Positions 31,071 to 40,846 of a stretch of 64,000 nt of DNA are shown piece after piece. The stretch spans positions 148,569-212,568 of IMG/VR virus record IMGVR_UViG_3300037067_015211. The stretch is one strand, 5' to 3'. This DNA is from a virus. Lineage: Duplodnaviria > Caudoviricetes. The translations under genes were made by a program, and so were the position numbers. Positions within the stretch are counted from its first letter, which is position 1, and the number at the start of each line of letters is the position of its first letter. The notes under the pieces were generated by a model. It ran no database searches, was not told where the DNA came from, and was given only the letters and a program-made list of their open reading frames with translations.

Positions 31071-31219
31071 GTTGGGTCAGCCCTTTCTACCATATCTGGC
31101 GTCATGCCAAATTCACGCCAGTAAAATGTCATATTGTTGTATTCAATTATCGCCGGGTCTATACCGCCTAAAAATGCGCCGCCAGATGAATTAAAATATG
31201 CACTGGCGGCAATGGTTAG
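30965..31219 (-). CDS. -1 frameshift extension (gpT-like) of tail assembly chaperone
   Basis: 84 sense codons in the -1 frame after A AAA AAC; LTIAASAYF...FYWREFGMTPDMVERADPTWLRKML... Confidence 0.8.
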   Translation of the reverse strand, partial: LTIAASAYFNSSGGAFLGGIDPAIIEYNNMTFYWREFGMTPDMVERADPTWLRKMLLIHNIKIEAENNKLQAASNSPQHHLKRK

Positions 31220-31225
31220 TTTTTT
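31178..31225 (-). promoter_or_regulatory. programmed -1 ribosomal frameshift signal
   Basis: Slippery A AAA AAC (31219-31225), 8-nt spacer, GCCGCCAG/CTGGCGGC 8-bp stem. Confidence 0.82.
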
Positions 31226-31794
31226 TCTTCTTCCTCACTCATCCCCTGACCAATATCAATGATCCGCAATACACCATCAATGATCTGCGGCATTGCCCTC
31301 AAAATTCTTTGCATACAAGGACCAGATATAATACGAATCCCCAACTCTGCATGATTCTCGTACTCAAGCTTCAGAATGGGATCTTCCTTTTCAAATGTCC
31401 ACGACATGAGCAGACAGCGCAGTGTAAGGGCTTCATACTTGACAAAATTTCTGATCCGAGTCATTGTCTGCTGATTTAACTCGAATGATCCATTGTCAAT
31501 CCACTTGTCAAGTGCATATGATTTACGTCTAAAGCCAACGACATTCTTTTCTAAACTTACGTCAATGCCAGTGGTTTCAATCTTCTTGACCTTTTCGGTC
31601 AGGGTCTTTATCTGCTCTGCATGCTCCGGATTTTTTACATCCAAATTATTTAATGCCCCCTTGTGGATTTCCAACAAATCCTGACTATACTTTTTTGCCC
31701 CATCTTCGTCAAATAAAGATAGTCCGTCCTTGTCAAATAGAACATAAACATTCTTCTTTAACTCTTTGTCTGGATCAACCGTGTACTTTCCCAT
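31216..31794 (-). CDS. tail assembly chaperone (gpG-like)
   Basis: LLMSWTF motif, ends EEEEKN* on slippery site, between tail tube and tape measure. Confidence 0.8.
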   Translation of the reverse strand: MGKYTVDPDKELKKNVYVLFDKDGLSLFDEDGAKKYSQDLLEIHKGALNNLDVKNPEHAEQIKTLTEKVKKIETTGIDVSLEKNVVGFRRKSYALDKWIDNGSFELNQQTMTRIRNFVKYEALTLRCLLMSWTFEKEDPILKLEYENHAELGIRIISGPCMQRILRAMPQIIDGVLRIIDIGQGMSEEEEKN

Positions 31795-31810
31795 GTTTGA
31801 ATGCCTTTCA

Positions 31811-32116
31811 TTATAATGGGTTATTTTCTCTCAAAGCCACATCTACGTAGGCTATGCTCCAATTCTTGATAATAAACGTTATAATACAGTTATCTAGTTT
31901 ATATTCTTCTTTTCGTTTTTCAAGCCAATCTTCAATTTTCCAAATATTTGTATACTTGATACTCTTGGTTGCCACTGGCTTGTCTGGTCTGATTTCTGTA
32001 GTATAAGTTAACTGTTCAATCTTTCTATCAATGATCTTAACGGCAATACTGCCATGATGTATTTTTTCCAAATCATTTGCATAGTCTTTTAGAAATGCAA
32101 GAATTTTTTCTTTCAT
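31811..32116 (-). CDS. hypothetical protein with two YezD/DUF2292-like units
   Basis: Likely start MKEKIL; HGSIAVKIIDRKIEQL and NCIITFIIKNWSIAYV. Confidence 0.45.
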   Translation of the reverse strand: MKEKILAFLKDYANDLEKIHHGSIAVKIIDRKIEQLTYTTEIRPDKPVATKSIKYTNIWKIEDWLEKRKEEYKLDNCIITFIIKNWSIAYVDVALRENNPL

Positions 32117-32117
32117 T

Positions 32118-33038
32118 TTAGTCCTCGTAAATAGATGGTGAACCATCATCACCGGCGAACATAACCAGATTGGCGGTTCTGCCCAACATGCCATTAATAT
32201 TCCCGCCGTTAACCGGATCTGTTATGATATGACAATGTGGCATAACGACTCGTTTATTGCCATAGGTAACTCGTAATTCAAATGGCCCTGCCCCTAAGAT
32301 TGAATTTTCTGCACCAATTTGAATATAGTATCCCAAAGTGGCTGTCACTTGCATTCTACTTTGGCTAACCCTATGGGCATTTACATTGTCACCAAAGGTA
32401 TATTCTACATACGTGCCATTATCGATTGCCAGATTAAATTGAAATATTGCTTTGGGGTCAATAATGGACGATGAAATACCATCAATTTCAAAATCACACT
32501 TCCACCAAGCCAGAGGCGAATAATTATCGTTTCCACTCGTTAAAGGATCATATGGAATGTATGGTTCAAAATGATATTTGGGGGTGCCGGTAATTTCTTC
32601 GTTCAGAATGGCCCCAGTGGCCTTAAATGAAGCCGTAAATGCAACAGCCTGCCCAGCGGTATAGTTCATGCCCAAATTCGATACAAGGCACTTCCCGCCC
32701 TCATTAGGGAGTGTTGCCCTGCCCGAATAATGGGCAACTACAATGTTTTCCCTTCTCGTTGTTGCATCTATTGTGTGGTTAAATATTTCCTCAAAGCCTT
32801 TGGCAAAATTATCGCTCGTACCGGTAAAAATATTTCCGCTTAAATCAGCGGCATTGTATTCAGTTTTTGTGCTCTGGTAATTTACTTCAAAATGTTTTTG
32901 TGCCGATGGGTCGCCCCCATAGCCATGTACTGCTTCCGAAAATACAATATTATCGTATGCTTTGATACCGCCAGATGCTTGTAGCGAATATCCATTAATA
33001 AGATAATAATCTCGCCAACCGAGTGAATAATCAGCCAT
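32118..33038 (-). CDS. tail tube paralogue (minor)
   Basis: Colinear similarity with 33142-34173 (INGYS, VHGYG, FEP..PY, DN..PL.W). Confidence 0.7.
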   Translation of the reverse strand: MADYSLGWRDYYLINGYSLQASGGIKAYDNIVFSEAVHGYGGDPSAQKHFEVNYQSTKTEYNAADLSGNIFTGTSDNFAKGFEEIFNHTIDATTRRENIVVAHYSGRATLPNEGGKCLVSNLGMNYTAGQAVAFTASFKATGAILNEEITGTPKYHFEPYIPYDPLTSGNDNYSPLAWWKCDFEIDGISSSIIDPKAIFQFNLAIDNGTYVEYTFGDNVNAHRVSQSRMQVTATLGYYIQIGAENSILGAGPFELRVTYGNKRVVMPHCHIITDPVNGGNINGMLGRTANLVMFAGDDGSPSIYED

Positions 33039-33051
33039 TTTTTAATCCAAT

Positions 33052-33084
33052 AAAAAAGCGAGATGATTTATGGTCATCTCGCTT
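33052..33084 (-). terminator. rho-independent terminator
   Basis: AAGCGAGATGA-loop-TCATCTCGCTT followed by T run, after major tail gene. Confidence 0.85.
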
Positions 33085-33141
33085 GTGTGGTTGTTTCTCA
33101 TTTCGCGGTTCCTCCGCTTAATTTTATTGCATTAATTTAAT

Positions 33142-34173
33142 TTACAGACCATCCGATACGATAGATGCATCGTGTTCGGCTGATGTATACGTGTATCCAG
33201 AAATTGGGTCTGTAACCGATTTGCCAGCACCCGGAGCGAACGCCTCAAAGTTAACTGTACGAGTTACAGTTGTGTTTGCACCCGGCATAGGCACTGGAGC
33301 GTTATTGATGTAAATGTGGCCAAGCACTAATTTGATTCCACCGAAGGGAATAATAACTGTTGAAGACTGTTTCAAGTTACCGCCGTAATCCGCATCAGGC
33401 ATAAAATACGTAAATGAACCAGTAATTGCCATCTGCCCGATATCCACGATGGACGGGAAGTTCTGACCGCTAGAAGCATGTTCAAGGACAACGTTGTTTG
33501 TGATTGTCAGCGTCCATGCCGTGATTGTTGCACCCGAATTAAGATATGTCTCTTCTGTACCCGTCGAGGCTCCGAAGACGCGGAAGGGGGCTTGGAACCA
33601 GTTCAGGGGGTTAGAATCGTCGTTTGCCACAACAGATGTATACGGAGTTGAAGGTTCAAAAGAGTATGAGCCGTCGCCGGGTACGTCTGTAACACGAGAA
33701 CGACCTACCGCCTTGTAGTTAGCAGTATAGGTTACGATTCCACCAGCGGTGAATGTAATTGTTAAAGAGTCGCAAAGACACTTTAACAGCGAAGAATCAA
33801 TTGAAGGATAGTCGGCGGCTAAGCCGGGATAGCGATAGGTATAAGCACCACCACCGGGAGAACCAATGATATAAATACCATTTCTTCGGCAAGTGCCGCT
33901 TGTTCCGCCAATAATGGCAGACCGCAACATCTCTTTGAAAGCCGTAGCCGCATTTCCTGTACCAGTGAATACCGACCCACCGATAGAGCCTTCGTGAGTT
34001 ACGGCACCGATACAGTAATTTAGTCGGCTATACGCATCGCCATGTGTTGACGTGTTGCCATAACCGTGAACGCCTTCGTCCACCAATGGGGTAATGGTCT
34101 CATCAAGAGAGTTGCTTGTAACGGGTATCGAGTACCCGTTAACAATGGTATAACCGTATAGACCTAGAGCCAT
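33142..34173 (-). CDS. major tail tube protein
   Basis: WTLTITNNV...ITGSFTY...VTRTVNFEA tube pattern; AAGGAG RBS; followed by terminator. Confidence 0.75.
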   Translation of the reverse strand: MALGLYGYTIVNGYSIPVTSNSLDETITPLVDEGVHGYGNTSTHGDAYSRLNYCIGAVTHEGSIGGSVFTGTGNAATAFKEMLRSAIIGGTSGTCRRNGIYIIGSPGGGAYTYRYPGLAADYPSIDSSLLKCLCDSLTITFTAGGIVTYTANYKAVGRSRVTDVPGDGSYSFEPSTPYTSVVANDDSNPLNWFQAPFRVFGASTGTEETYLNSGATITAWTLTITNNVVLEHASSGQNFPSIVDIGQMAITGSFTYFMPDADYGGNLKQSSTVIIPFGGIKLVLGHIYINNAPVPMPGANTTVTRTVNFEAFAPGAGKSVTDPISGYTYTSAEHDASIVSDGL

Positions 34174-34188
34174 GTCATATCTCCTTTA

Positions 34189-34959
34189 TTAGAACGCAGG
34201 CGTTCGTTCCGGAATATTTACAATATTAACTTCGTCCGTTGCATCGCCACCAGTCGTTTGAATGTTGGTAACATCGATAAATGTATCAGCAGTTGTTCCA
34301 ACATTAACTTCCGAGTCAAGAGTCGTAATTGTAACGTCAATTGTAGTCTCGGTGCCATCTTCCTGTGTGGCATAAATTTTCATATCCACATCGGAAGTAA
34401 GCCCAGAAATTACTACGCACTTTAATTGAGATGCACAATAATTTCCAACTCCAGCATTGCCAGTGCCCGTCCCGAGAGCAACACCATCCGTAAAGGTACA
34501 GCCAGTTCCTGAACCAACAATTGTTGCGGTGCCCATAACGTGTATGTATTGGTCAAACACATTGTTGGCTGAAAGGTGACGGCCATTTACGTAGTAATAC
34601 ACTTCTTCGTATTTGGAGTTTACGTTGATACCGGAGTTTGTGAGAAGTGTATTGAGATTCGCCGATCCACCAACCACGTTCTGCACATGTGTATCGTGTG
34701 CTCGCACAACATTAGAAAAAACTGTAGATGCAATTGTGCTTTGTGTAATACCATTGATATCAAGGGTCTTACACGAAGATGCCAGATCGCCCTCAGACCA
34801 AGCGTTATTGTCAATCGTAATATGGCGATATGCTTCTTCTCCATCAGCGGGTGAAGCATTTACAATACCGCTCTGAATCTGTTCCCACATATATGCATAG
34901 TGGTCCGTTACATTCTCGATACCACTATTGCTAATAACCTGTTTTGTTACAGTGGACAT
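34189..34959 (-). CDS. virion structural protein
   Basis: T/G/N/S-rich, upstream of tail tube. Confidence 0.6.
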   Translation of the reverse strand: MSTVTKQVISNSGIENVTDHYAYMWEQIQSGIVNASPADGEEAYRHITIDNNAWSEGDLASSCKTLDINGITQSTIASTVFSNVVRAHDTHVQNVVGGSANLNTLLTNSGINVNSKYEEVYYYVNGRHLSANNVFDQYIHVMGTATIVGSGTGCTFTDGVALGTGTGNAGVGNYCASQLKCVVISGLTSDVDMKIYATQEDGTETTIDVTITTLDSEVNVGTTADTFIDVTNIQTTGGDATDEVNIVNIPERTPAF

Positions 34960-35030
34960 GTTTTTATCTCCCGTCTAAACGTTTTACCATTACAATAATA
35001 TCCACTTCTTTCAACAATATATTTTTTATT

Positions 35031-35825
35031 TTACTTGATTGCTTTTTCTTTTTCCTTGGCGACTCTCGCATTTTCCGCGTCAGTTACTTTCTTTTCCACT
35101 TCTGTCAATGACGCAGAAATTGTCCTATCCTTCTTCCCATCATAGTATTCTACAAGATCATTATTTGAATCAATTCCAAGAATTTCAATTACCGAATTAT
35201 CGACAACATATTTGCCGCCCTGTTTGAGAGATGATGCTACACGATGAGCAACCTTTTTCTTGGGAGCAAGCGAAGAGCGGGACATAACTTCATTATAATC
35301 CGTGCCCATACGCATAGTCTCAAGTCGTTTACCGAGATTGACCTTTCTGGCCGCTTCTCTCTCTTCAGAGTATTTTCTAAAACCATCACACTTTGCCTCT
35401 ACCTCTTGCATGGGGCTTTCTATGATTTCTTCTTCTTCCTCTGTCTCTTCTACTTCGTCGCCCTCTTCCTTTTCCTCTTCGGCCACTTCTTCTGCCTCTT
35501 CCTCTTCATAGACAGTGCTTGTGGCATCAAAAGAAAAGTCCACATTAGCGTCCTCAAGGGCATCCTTAATGGCTTCTTTCGCCAATTCAAGATCATCGGC
35601 ATTAGTTACTTTAAGAGAAATTTGAGAAACACCTTCTTCGGGAGTCTCAACAGTTTCTTCTATCTCTTCGGCAACCGGGGCTTCGGCAGGAACTTCATCC
35701 ACAGAAACTTCCTGTACTTCGCCGGGAACTTCTACTGTTTCCAGATTGTCTTCTTTAATTTCTTCCTGAGCAGTTTTCTTGGAAGCAGTTCTCTTCTGTT
35801 TCCAGCTTTCAAAACAATTAGCCAT
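35031..35825 (-). CDS. acidic putative internal head protein
   Basis: Glu-rich; N-terminal FESWKQKRTASKKTAQ leader. Confidence 0.6.
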   Translation of the reverse strand: MANCFESWKQKRTASKKTAQEEIKEDNLETVEVPGEVQEVSVDEVPAEAPVAEEIEETVETPEEGVSQISLKVTNADDLELAKEAIKDALEDANVDFSFDATSTVYEEEEAEEVAEEEKEEGDEVEETEEEEEIIESPMQEVEAKCDGFRKYSEEREAARKVNLGKRLETMRMGTDYNEVMSRSSLAPKKKVAHRVASSLKQGGKYVVDNSVIEILGIDSNNDLVEYYDGKKDRTISASLTEVEKKVTDAENARVAKEKEKAIK

Positions 35826-35836
35826 TATATCTCTCC

Positions 35837-36325
35837 TTAGTAGTAAAAGTTATAGACCTTGCAAAACCAAGGGATACGTGCCGTTCGTACAGCCTTATCC
35901 CGCCTAAATCCAAATTGTTTGCTCCCAGCCCAACTGTGATACCATTTCCAGTCGTAGCCAGATATTGTTTGTTGCAAACTAGCGGTATCATTTAGCAAAT
36001 AATTTATTACCGCGCTACTTGCAACCTCTAACAATGCATCATCAACTTCTGGCTTTTTTGAAACAATCATAATATCAATATTAAAATTATATGTATCGTC
36101 TCTCGCGCCAGTAGCTATCGGTTCATGTCCCGTACCCGCATAGCTAACTTGCAATGATGCATTTGTGCCGGGGTTTAAAACAACATCCGATTTATCAAAT
36201 CTGCCAAATCTGGTTTCGAAATTCGCATCGGCTAAAGCTTGGTCAAAAGATGACCTTCCAAATTCTAGGAAGGAAATCAATTGTTCCATGATTTTCTCTG
36301 TAATTGTGTTTCTATTTGCCGACAA
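35837..36325 (-). CDS. tail terminator/completion protein
   Basis: Size, position between adaptors and tube, DTYNFNIDIMI strand. Confidence 0.55.
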   Translation of the reverse strand: MSANRNTITEKIMEQLISFLEFGRSSFDQALADANFETRFGRFDKSDVVLNPGTNASLQVSYAGTGHEPIATGARDDTYNFNIDIMIVSKKPEVDDALLEVASSAVINYLLNDTASLQQTISGYDWKWYHSWAGSKQFGFRRDKAVRTARIPWFCKVYNFYY

Positions 36326-36449
36326 GTTTCAACACCCTTCTTATAGATTTGAAAATCAGTTTTATTGTTTTTTTTCTTTCAAGTTTTAAAAGAACTTGTA
36401 TATCGTCTAATTTTTCAAACTTTTTGCCGTCAGGAACAAAATCATCCAT
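36312..36449 (-). CDS. small hypothetical protein (45 aa, not in track)
   Basis: MDDFVPDGKKFEKL...LVGK*, overlaps both neighbours. Confidence 0.45.
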   Translation of the reverse strand: MDDFVPDGKKFEKLDDIQVLLKLERKKTIKLIFKSIRRVLKLVGK

Positions 36450-36678
36450 TAACTCTGCTCATAGAACAATTAGGACATTCCGCATATGTCTGTGCATCAA
36501 ATTCACAGCCACACTTACAACGGCGCAAATTTTTTTGCCCATAAACATTGTGCTTTTTATCCACCGCACAATTTACCACAGCGGCTATTCTACGTCTCAT
36601 GGCCATGATTTTCGTTTCCTCTCCAACATTAATATTAATAATATTATTTTTTATACATTTTTGATGGTACTTTCCCAT
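36442..36678 (-). CDS. small Zn-ribbon protein
   Basis: CKCG...CPNC. Confidence 0.6.
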   Translation of the reverse strand: MGKYHQKCIKNNIININVGEETKIMAMRRRIAAVVNCAVDKKHNVYGQKNLRRCKCGCEFDAQTYAECPNCSMSRVNG

Positions 36679-37060
36679 CTTTTATGCCCTGTATAGCTTT
36701 ATCAAACAATGCGTCCTCTATTCCCTCAAGAATCTTTGGATGTACCATACTCTTACCATTAGGGTACCACGGATATCCAGCTTCAGTTAACATATCTGAT
36801 AATTTTTGTAATTTATTTGGTGTATATTTCCACGCTTTACCATCCTTGCCAAAATACAATAAGTCACTTATTGCTACGGCCACATCATTAAACAATAATC
36901 CTTCTTTTTCAGTGGAATTCATAACACCACCATAACCCATACCATATAATTCATCTTCACTTAAATTTAATAATTTTTTAATTTTTGTATTTTTTTCCTC
37001 TATATCATCATTTTGTTCTTGTCCAGATCGCTTTCTTTTCCAATCTTCAAATGTAGCCAT
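36644..37060 (-). CDS. putative internal head protein
   Basis: Start MATFEDWKRKRSGQ after AAGGAG RBS and late-type motif. Confidence 0.6.
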   Translation of the reverse strand: MATFEDWKRKRSGQEQNDDIEEKNTKIKKLLNLSEDELYGMGYGGVMNSTEKEGLLFNDVAVAISDLLYFGKDGKAWKYTPNKLQKLSDMLTEAGYPWYPNGKSMVHPKILEGIEDALFDKAIQGIKDGKVPSKMYKK

Positions 37061-37138
37061 GATTTTCTCCTTATTATTTTTTATATTCTTTATAAATAAT
37101 AGCAATAACAATAGACATTATTTATTTTTTTTTATATG

Positions 37139-37606
37139 CTACGCTTGCCCCTGTGTGGTGTCCTGCTGTATTGTCCCCGGTACAGCACTTTGAATTATAT
37201 TCGGATTACAAAATCTAGTTCTGGCCTTTTTCTGCTGCCCCGGCAAAGTAGTTGCACCTATGATTACATTTCTCAAAAGATTTTTGGCAATCGAATCCAC
37301 TTGATTCGCATTTGCAATTACAACATCTTCTTTTTCGGTAAAATAATTTGCTATCATATCCGCCACACAAATTCTTGTGGCTATATAAGGGATAGGATAT
37401 GGATATACCAGTTGGTCGTGCTGGTCCGTGACCTTGTTTAGTGGAAGAATATAAACTGGTGCTAACATTGAGTTTATATAGTTATCCGCGTCGATGATAA
37501 ACTTTAGTACATCATCTGCTGTGAGGTCAGACTCTCGGGAAGTCCCAATATGCAATGATTTGAGCACCCTCTGAACTTCCGTTACACTTGTGTAATATTC
37601 AGCCAT
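37139..37606 (-). CDS. head-tail adaptor
   Basis: YTSVTEV..L...FIIDADNYINSMLAPVYILPL typical of adaptor family. Confidence 0.75.
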   Translation of the reverse strand: MAEYYTSVTEVQRVLKSLHIGTSRESDLTADDVLKFIIDADNYINSMLAPVYILPLNKVTDQHDQLVYPYPIPYIATRICVADMIANYFTEKEDVVIANANQVDSIAKNLLRNVIIGATTLPGQQKKARTRFCNPNIIQSAVPGTIQQDTTQGQA

Positions 37607-38307
37607 TAAATGTACCTTCCGACAAATTTAAGGTCTCCAACCGTGGCAGGAATTCTTGTTGTAGAAATATTGTAATCCATAATGATCCGCGCTTTGAGAT
37701 TCCCCCTACGCTTCCGCATAATATCTCTTAGAGAGATATAATCCGCATACGCCTGAGAATACGCACTCTGAATGCTCTGTTGCATCGTCAAAGTGCCGTC
37801 ACCAAAAATATATCTGTTCTTCCAAATTATTTGATCCAGTACCAATTTTCTTAGCATTTTCACGTATGTACCGAGAGAAAGCAAATAATCCATTTCAGTC
37901 GGCATATCCGCCAGTGCATATTGATTTGCAGATTTGATTGCATTTAGCTCTGCATTTGTTTGGTTGATGTACGCGGTTATAGCGGCATTGGTAAAATATC
38001 GGAAAGAATATCTGCCCATAACCACGTCTGCAAATGTAAGTGTTTTCCACCCCGGATTAAATGTTACAATGCCTTCTGTTCCATCAACCACATAATTAGT
38101 ATCGGCAATTTGCGCTTGGCCAGCCGATCCTTCTAGCTTGAATGACATAAGGGGATAATCGCTTAGCCAATTTTTAAATTCGAAATATACCCTATTGTTG
38201 GGGATTAAAACGCCCCGCTCGTCAAATACTTGCAGATGTTGGAATTCGTAGATATCCCACTGAAGCATGTCGTTGTAGATATCAGAATATCTGCCTTCTA
38301 GTGCCAT
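37606..38307 (-). CDS. neck/head-tail connector protein
   Basis: NYVVDGTEGIVTF, YFTNAAITAYI; adjacent to adaptor. Confidence 0.6.
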   Translation of the reverse strand: MALEGRYSDIYNDMLQWDIYEFQHLQVFDERGVLIPNNRVYFEFKNWLSDYPLMSFKLEGSAGQAQIADTNYVVDGTEGIVTFNPGWKTLTFADVVMGRYSFRYFTNAAITAYINQTNAELNAIKSANQYALADMPTEMDYLLSLGTYVKMLRKLVLDQIIWKNRYIFGDGTLTMQQSIQSAYSQAYADYISLRDIMRKRRGNLKARIIMDYNISTTRIPATVGDLKFVGRYI

Positions 38308-38352
38308 ATTTTTTCCTCTGTTATTTATAATAGGAAAAAAGTATATCTTTAC

Positions 38353-40227
38353 CTATTCGTCAAATATGTCTTGTATTCCGTTATACCATCCAGAATCATG
38401 TGAATCTTCTGGATCATAACTACCATTATCGCCCCAATTATTTGTAATACCCGAATACCATCCTCCAGAATGATCTGTAGTTTCTCCACTGGCTGGGATT
38501 CTTGAAACCACGATTGTTTCTGATACTACTGCATCGGAATAACTATCACCCACTTTTGAAGCCGCAAAGAATGTATAATGTTTTCCTCGTTCAAGTCCAC
38601 TTGAAGCAATAATGCCGTCTCCATCTCTCGATCCAGCGGGATTGTAATTATTTATAGTGCTAGACTCATTTCTGATGTGCAAATAATTTGTTGCCCCGGG
38701 ATAGGTGTCGGAGAATGTGGTTGTATTTGTTGTTTGGTTTAATGCTATGGTTATTATAGGTGGAGAAACTTGGATTGTGGTGCCGATGAATTCTCCCGTA
38801 TATTCCTCATTATAGCCATATTTGACATTCAATTGAGTTTGGGCTATTGTGGGGACTACAAATTTTCCTTCACTGTTACCATCATTGTAAATAACGCCAG
38901 ATACCACTCTGGATATAGACGGTTGTGTAGGCGGTACATATGTTCCTGCACTTACTCCAGAAAGAACTGAAGCGAGAGAGACTAACCCCTGTACTCCGCT
39001 TGTAGTATCGTTGGCAAGCGTGTTAATTGGCTCTGAGTAATCGGGGATAAATGTTCCTACCCCCACACCAGACAATAAGGCAGATGGGGGAAGCAGACCA
39101 GTTACACCACTAGAAGTATCAATGTTCAAAAGATTTGCCGGATCCGCGTAGTCGGGAATTAAGGTTCCCGCGCTTATGCCTGATAGTACAGATGAAAGAG
39201 AAATTAACCCTTGTACACCACTTGTGGTATCATTTGCCAGCGTATTGATTGGCTCAGAATAATCAAGCACTAAAGTTCCATAGGAAATTCCAGACAATAC
39301 GGCTGAATTTGGAATTGCTCCGCTATATTGAATACTATTAAAATAATAATTTTTATTTTCAATTACATTTAAAAAAATTGGATCTGAAAAATAATCGCCC
39401 TCGAAACACCCGATACTCGGGGTTGTCTCATGTCGCGCTTGCCCAAAAATGTCAGTCGCGATCCCCACAATCGGCGTACCGGCGTGATACAGTTCGGACG
39501 TATTCAATATTCCCATCGGCAACGACAATACGCCGATATATTTCCCAGTCGTCAACTCCTTGCTCGTGAGATTGTTTCCGCCCGCCGCCGTTGCGCCGCT
39601 CGTGGCGTTGTATCCGCTCGAAGCGTTCAGCGTTCCCGTAATCGCGCCAAACGGATCGGAGCCGCCGATACAATCGCAATTCTGAATCAGCACGTCATCG
39701 ATATTCGTGCCGATAACTAATGTAAAATGTTCGGCGTCGAAGTTTTTGAACGTACAATTTTGGACAATCAGGTTTCCGCCCGATCCTTGCGTGGCGCGAA
39801 TTCCGTAATCGTACCCATTCAAAAAAAGGCAGTTTCGGAAAGTTACGGTCCCGGTTCTCGTGTAGTTTCCAAATGCTATCTGCGTTCCTTGTAGCAAATC
39901 CAGTATGCAACGGTCAAAAACTACATTTCCGCCTGTCTGGTTTAGTGCAATGCCGGAGCGCGCAAGGTTTATTTTTGAAAAGGTGAGCGTCTCAGTAATT
40001 GATCCACCGTTCCCGATAATCAGATTGCCATTTCTCGTGGTGCCTATACGAATATCATCGTATTGCCCGACAATATTTAGCCCTTTTGTAACGGTTGTAT
40101 TTCCCTCGGCGAAAGCCGCATCTCCGGCATTGCGATACCATTCAATTGTATCGCCATCGCTTGCTGCTGAGTTAGCCGTAGCAAACGTAGAATATGTCTT
40201 TCCGTCACCTAGCGTAAGCGTAGCCAT
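38353..40227 (-). CDS. virion appendage with beta-helix (pectin-lyase-like) domain
   Basis: GKTYSTFATA..AASDGDTI start, NC.F repeats, DIFGQARH..PSIGCFE; internal repeats. Confidence 0.7.
   Translation of the reverse strand: MATLTLGDGKTYSTFATANSAASDGDTIEWYRNAGDAAFAEGNTTVTKGLNIVGQYDDIRIGTTRNGNLIIGNGGSITETLTFSKINLARSGIALNQTGGNVVFDRCILDLLQGTQIAFGNYTRTGTVTFRNCLFLNGYDYGIRATQGSGGNLIVQNCTFKNFDAEHFTLVIGTNIDDVLIQNCDCIGGSDPFGAITGTLNASSGYNATSGATAAGGNNLTSKELTTGKYIGVLSLPMGILNTSELYHAGTPIVGIATDIFGQARHETTPSIGCFEGDYFSDPIFLNVIENKNYYFNSIQYSGAIPNSAVLSGISYGTLVLDYSEPINTLANDTTSGVQGLISLSSVLSGISAGTLIPDYADPANLLNIDTSSGVTGLLPPSALLSGVGVGTFIPDYSEPINTLANDTTSGVQGLVSLASVLSGVSAGTYVPPTQPSISRVVSGVIYNDGNSEGKFVVPTIAQTQLNVKYGYNEEYTGEFIGTTIQVSPPIITIALNQTTNTTTFSDTYPGATNYLHIRNESSTINNYNPAGSRDGDGIIASSGLERGKHYTFFAASKVGDSYSDAVVSETIVVSRIPASGETTDHSGGWYSGITNNWGDNGSYDPEDSHDSGWYNGIQDIFDE
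38940..39290. repeat. three ~37-aa (111-bp) internal repeats
   Basis: DYSEPINTLANDTTSGVQGL..L.SVLSG.SAGT twice, flanking a diverged DYADPANLL copy. Confidence 0.85.
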
Positions 40228-40424
40228 TAGACGGCCTCCACGTTGCCATCGACAAGTTGCAACGAGACACCATTAACTACTATAGGATCATCACCAAAAT
40301 AAATATCGCGAACCAATTCGAACCTAGCATCGGGGATTGTACCATCCTCGCCTGGTCCCCATTGCCAGCCGGTTTTTTTTGCAAGAAGGAATTTATTTTC
40401 AAAAAATAAAACATCAAATTTCAT
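40227..40424 (-). CDS. hypothetical protein
   Basis: 65-aa ORF, TAATG coupling. Confidence 0.6.
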   Translation of the reverse strand: MKFDVLFFENKFLLAKKTGWQWGPGEDGTIPDARFELVRDIYFGDDPIVVNGVSLQLVDGNVEAV

Positions 40425-40441
40425 GCTTTTCCTATCAATAA

Positions 40442-40478
40442 ATATGGCGTCAATATTATAGTGATATTGACGCCATAT
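40442..40478. terminator. 15-bp perfect hairpin (terminator or RNA processing site)
   Basis: ATATGGCGTCAATAT-N7-ATATTGACGCCATAT, intergenic. Confidence 0.6.
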
Positions 40479-40498
40479 AGTCTCCTAGAAAATAGCAA

Positions 40499-40843
40499 TT
40501 ACGAATTCTTGGTAAATGTAACCGATCCACTGGAAACCGCCCAGCTTGTTACGTCATTGTATACCACATCCTTGAACTTGTTGATCCATGCATCCGTCAT
40601 CGTAGCACGAGCCGGAATAGCATCCGTCTTTGTCGCACTTGTATACGAGGTTTCTGTAAAGGTAAAAGCCGTTCCAGCATCAGCATTGGACACAATGTAC
40701 TTCAAACATTTTGTGAGTCTGGGCATCTTGTTGAAAAATGCCGTAATGGTAATAGCCGTATAGCCCTTCCATTTGCGTCCAGTAATTTCCGCGTCATGAA
40801 CTTTGTAAAGGTCGTCTGAAAAATCGAGTGTAAGAGTTGCCAT
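40499..40843 (-). CDS. hypothetical protein
   Basis: 114-aa ORF, AGGAG RBS. Confidence 0.65.
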   Translation of the reverse strand: MATLTLDFSDDLYKVHDAEITGRKWKGYTAITITAFFNKMPRLTKCLKYIVSNADAGTAFTFTETSYTSATKTDAIPARATMTDAWINKFKDVVYNDVTSWAVSSGSVTFTKNS

Positions 40844-40846
40844 TTT

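Noticed and set aside
32118-38307. Contractile tail sheath
   Set aside because: No sheath-sized gene or baseplate wedge motifs recognised.
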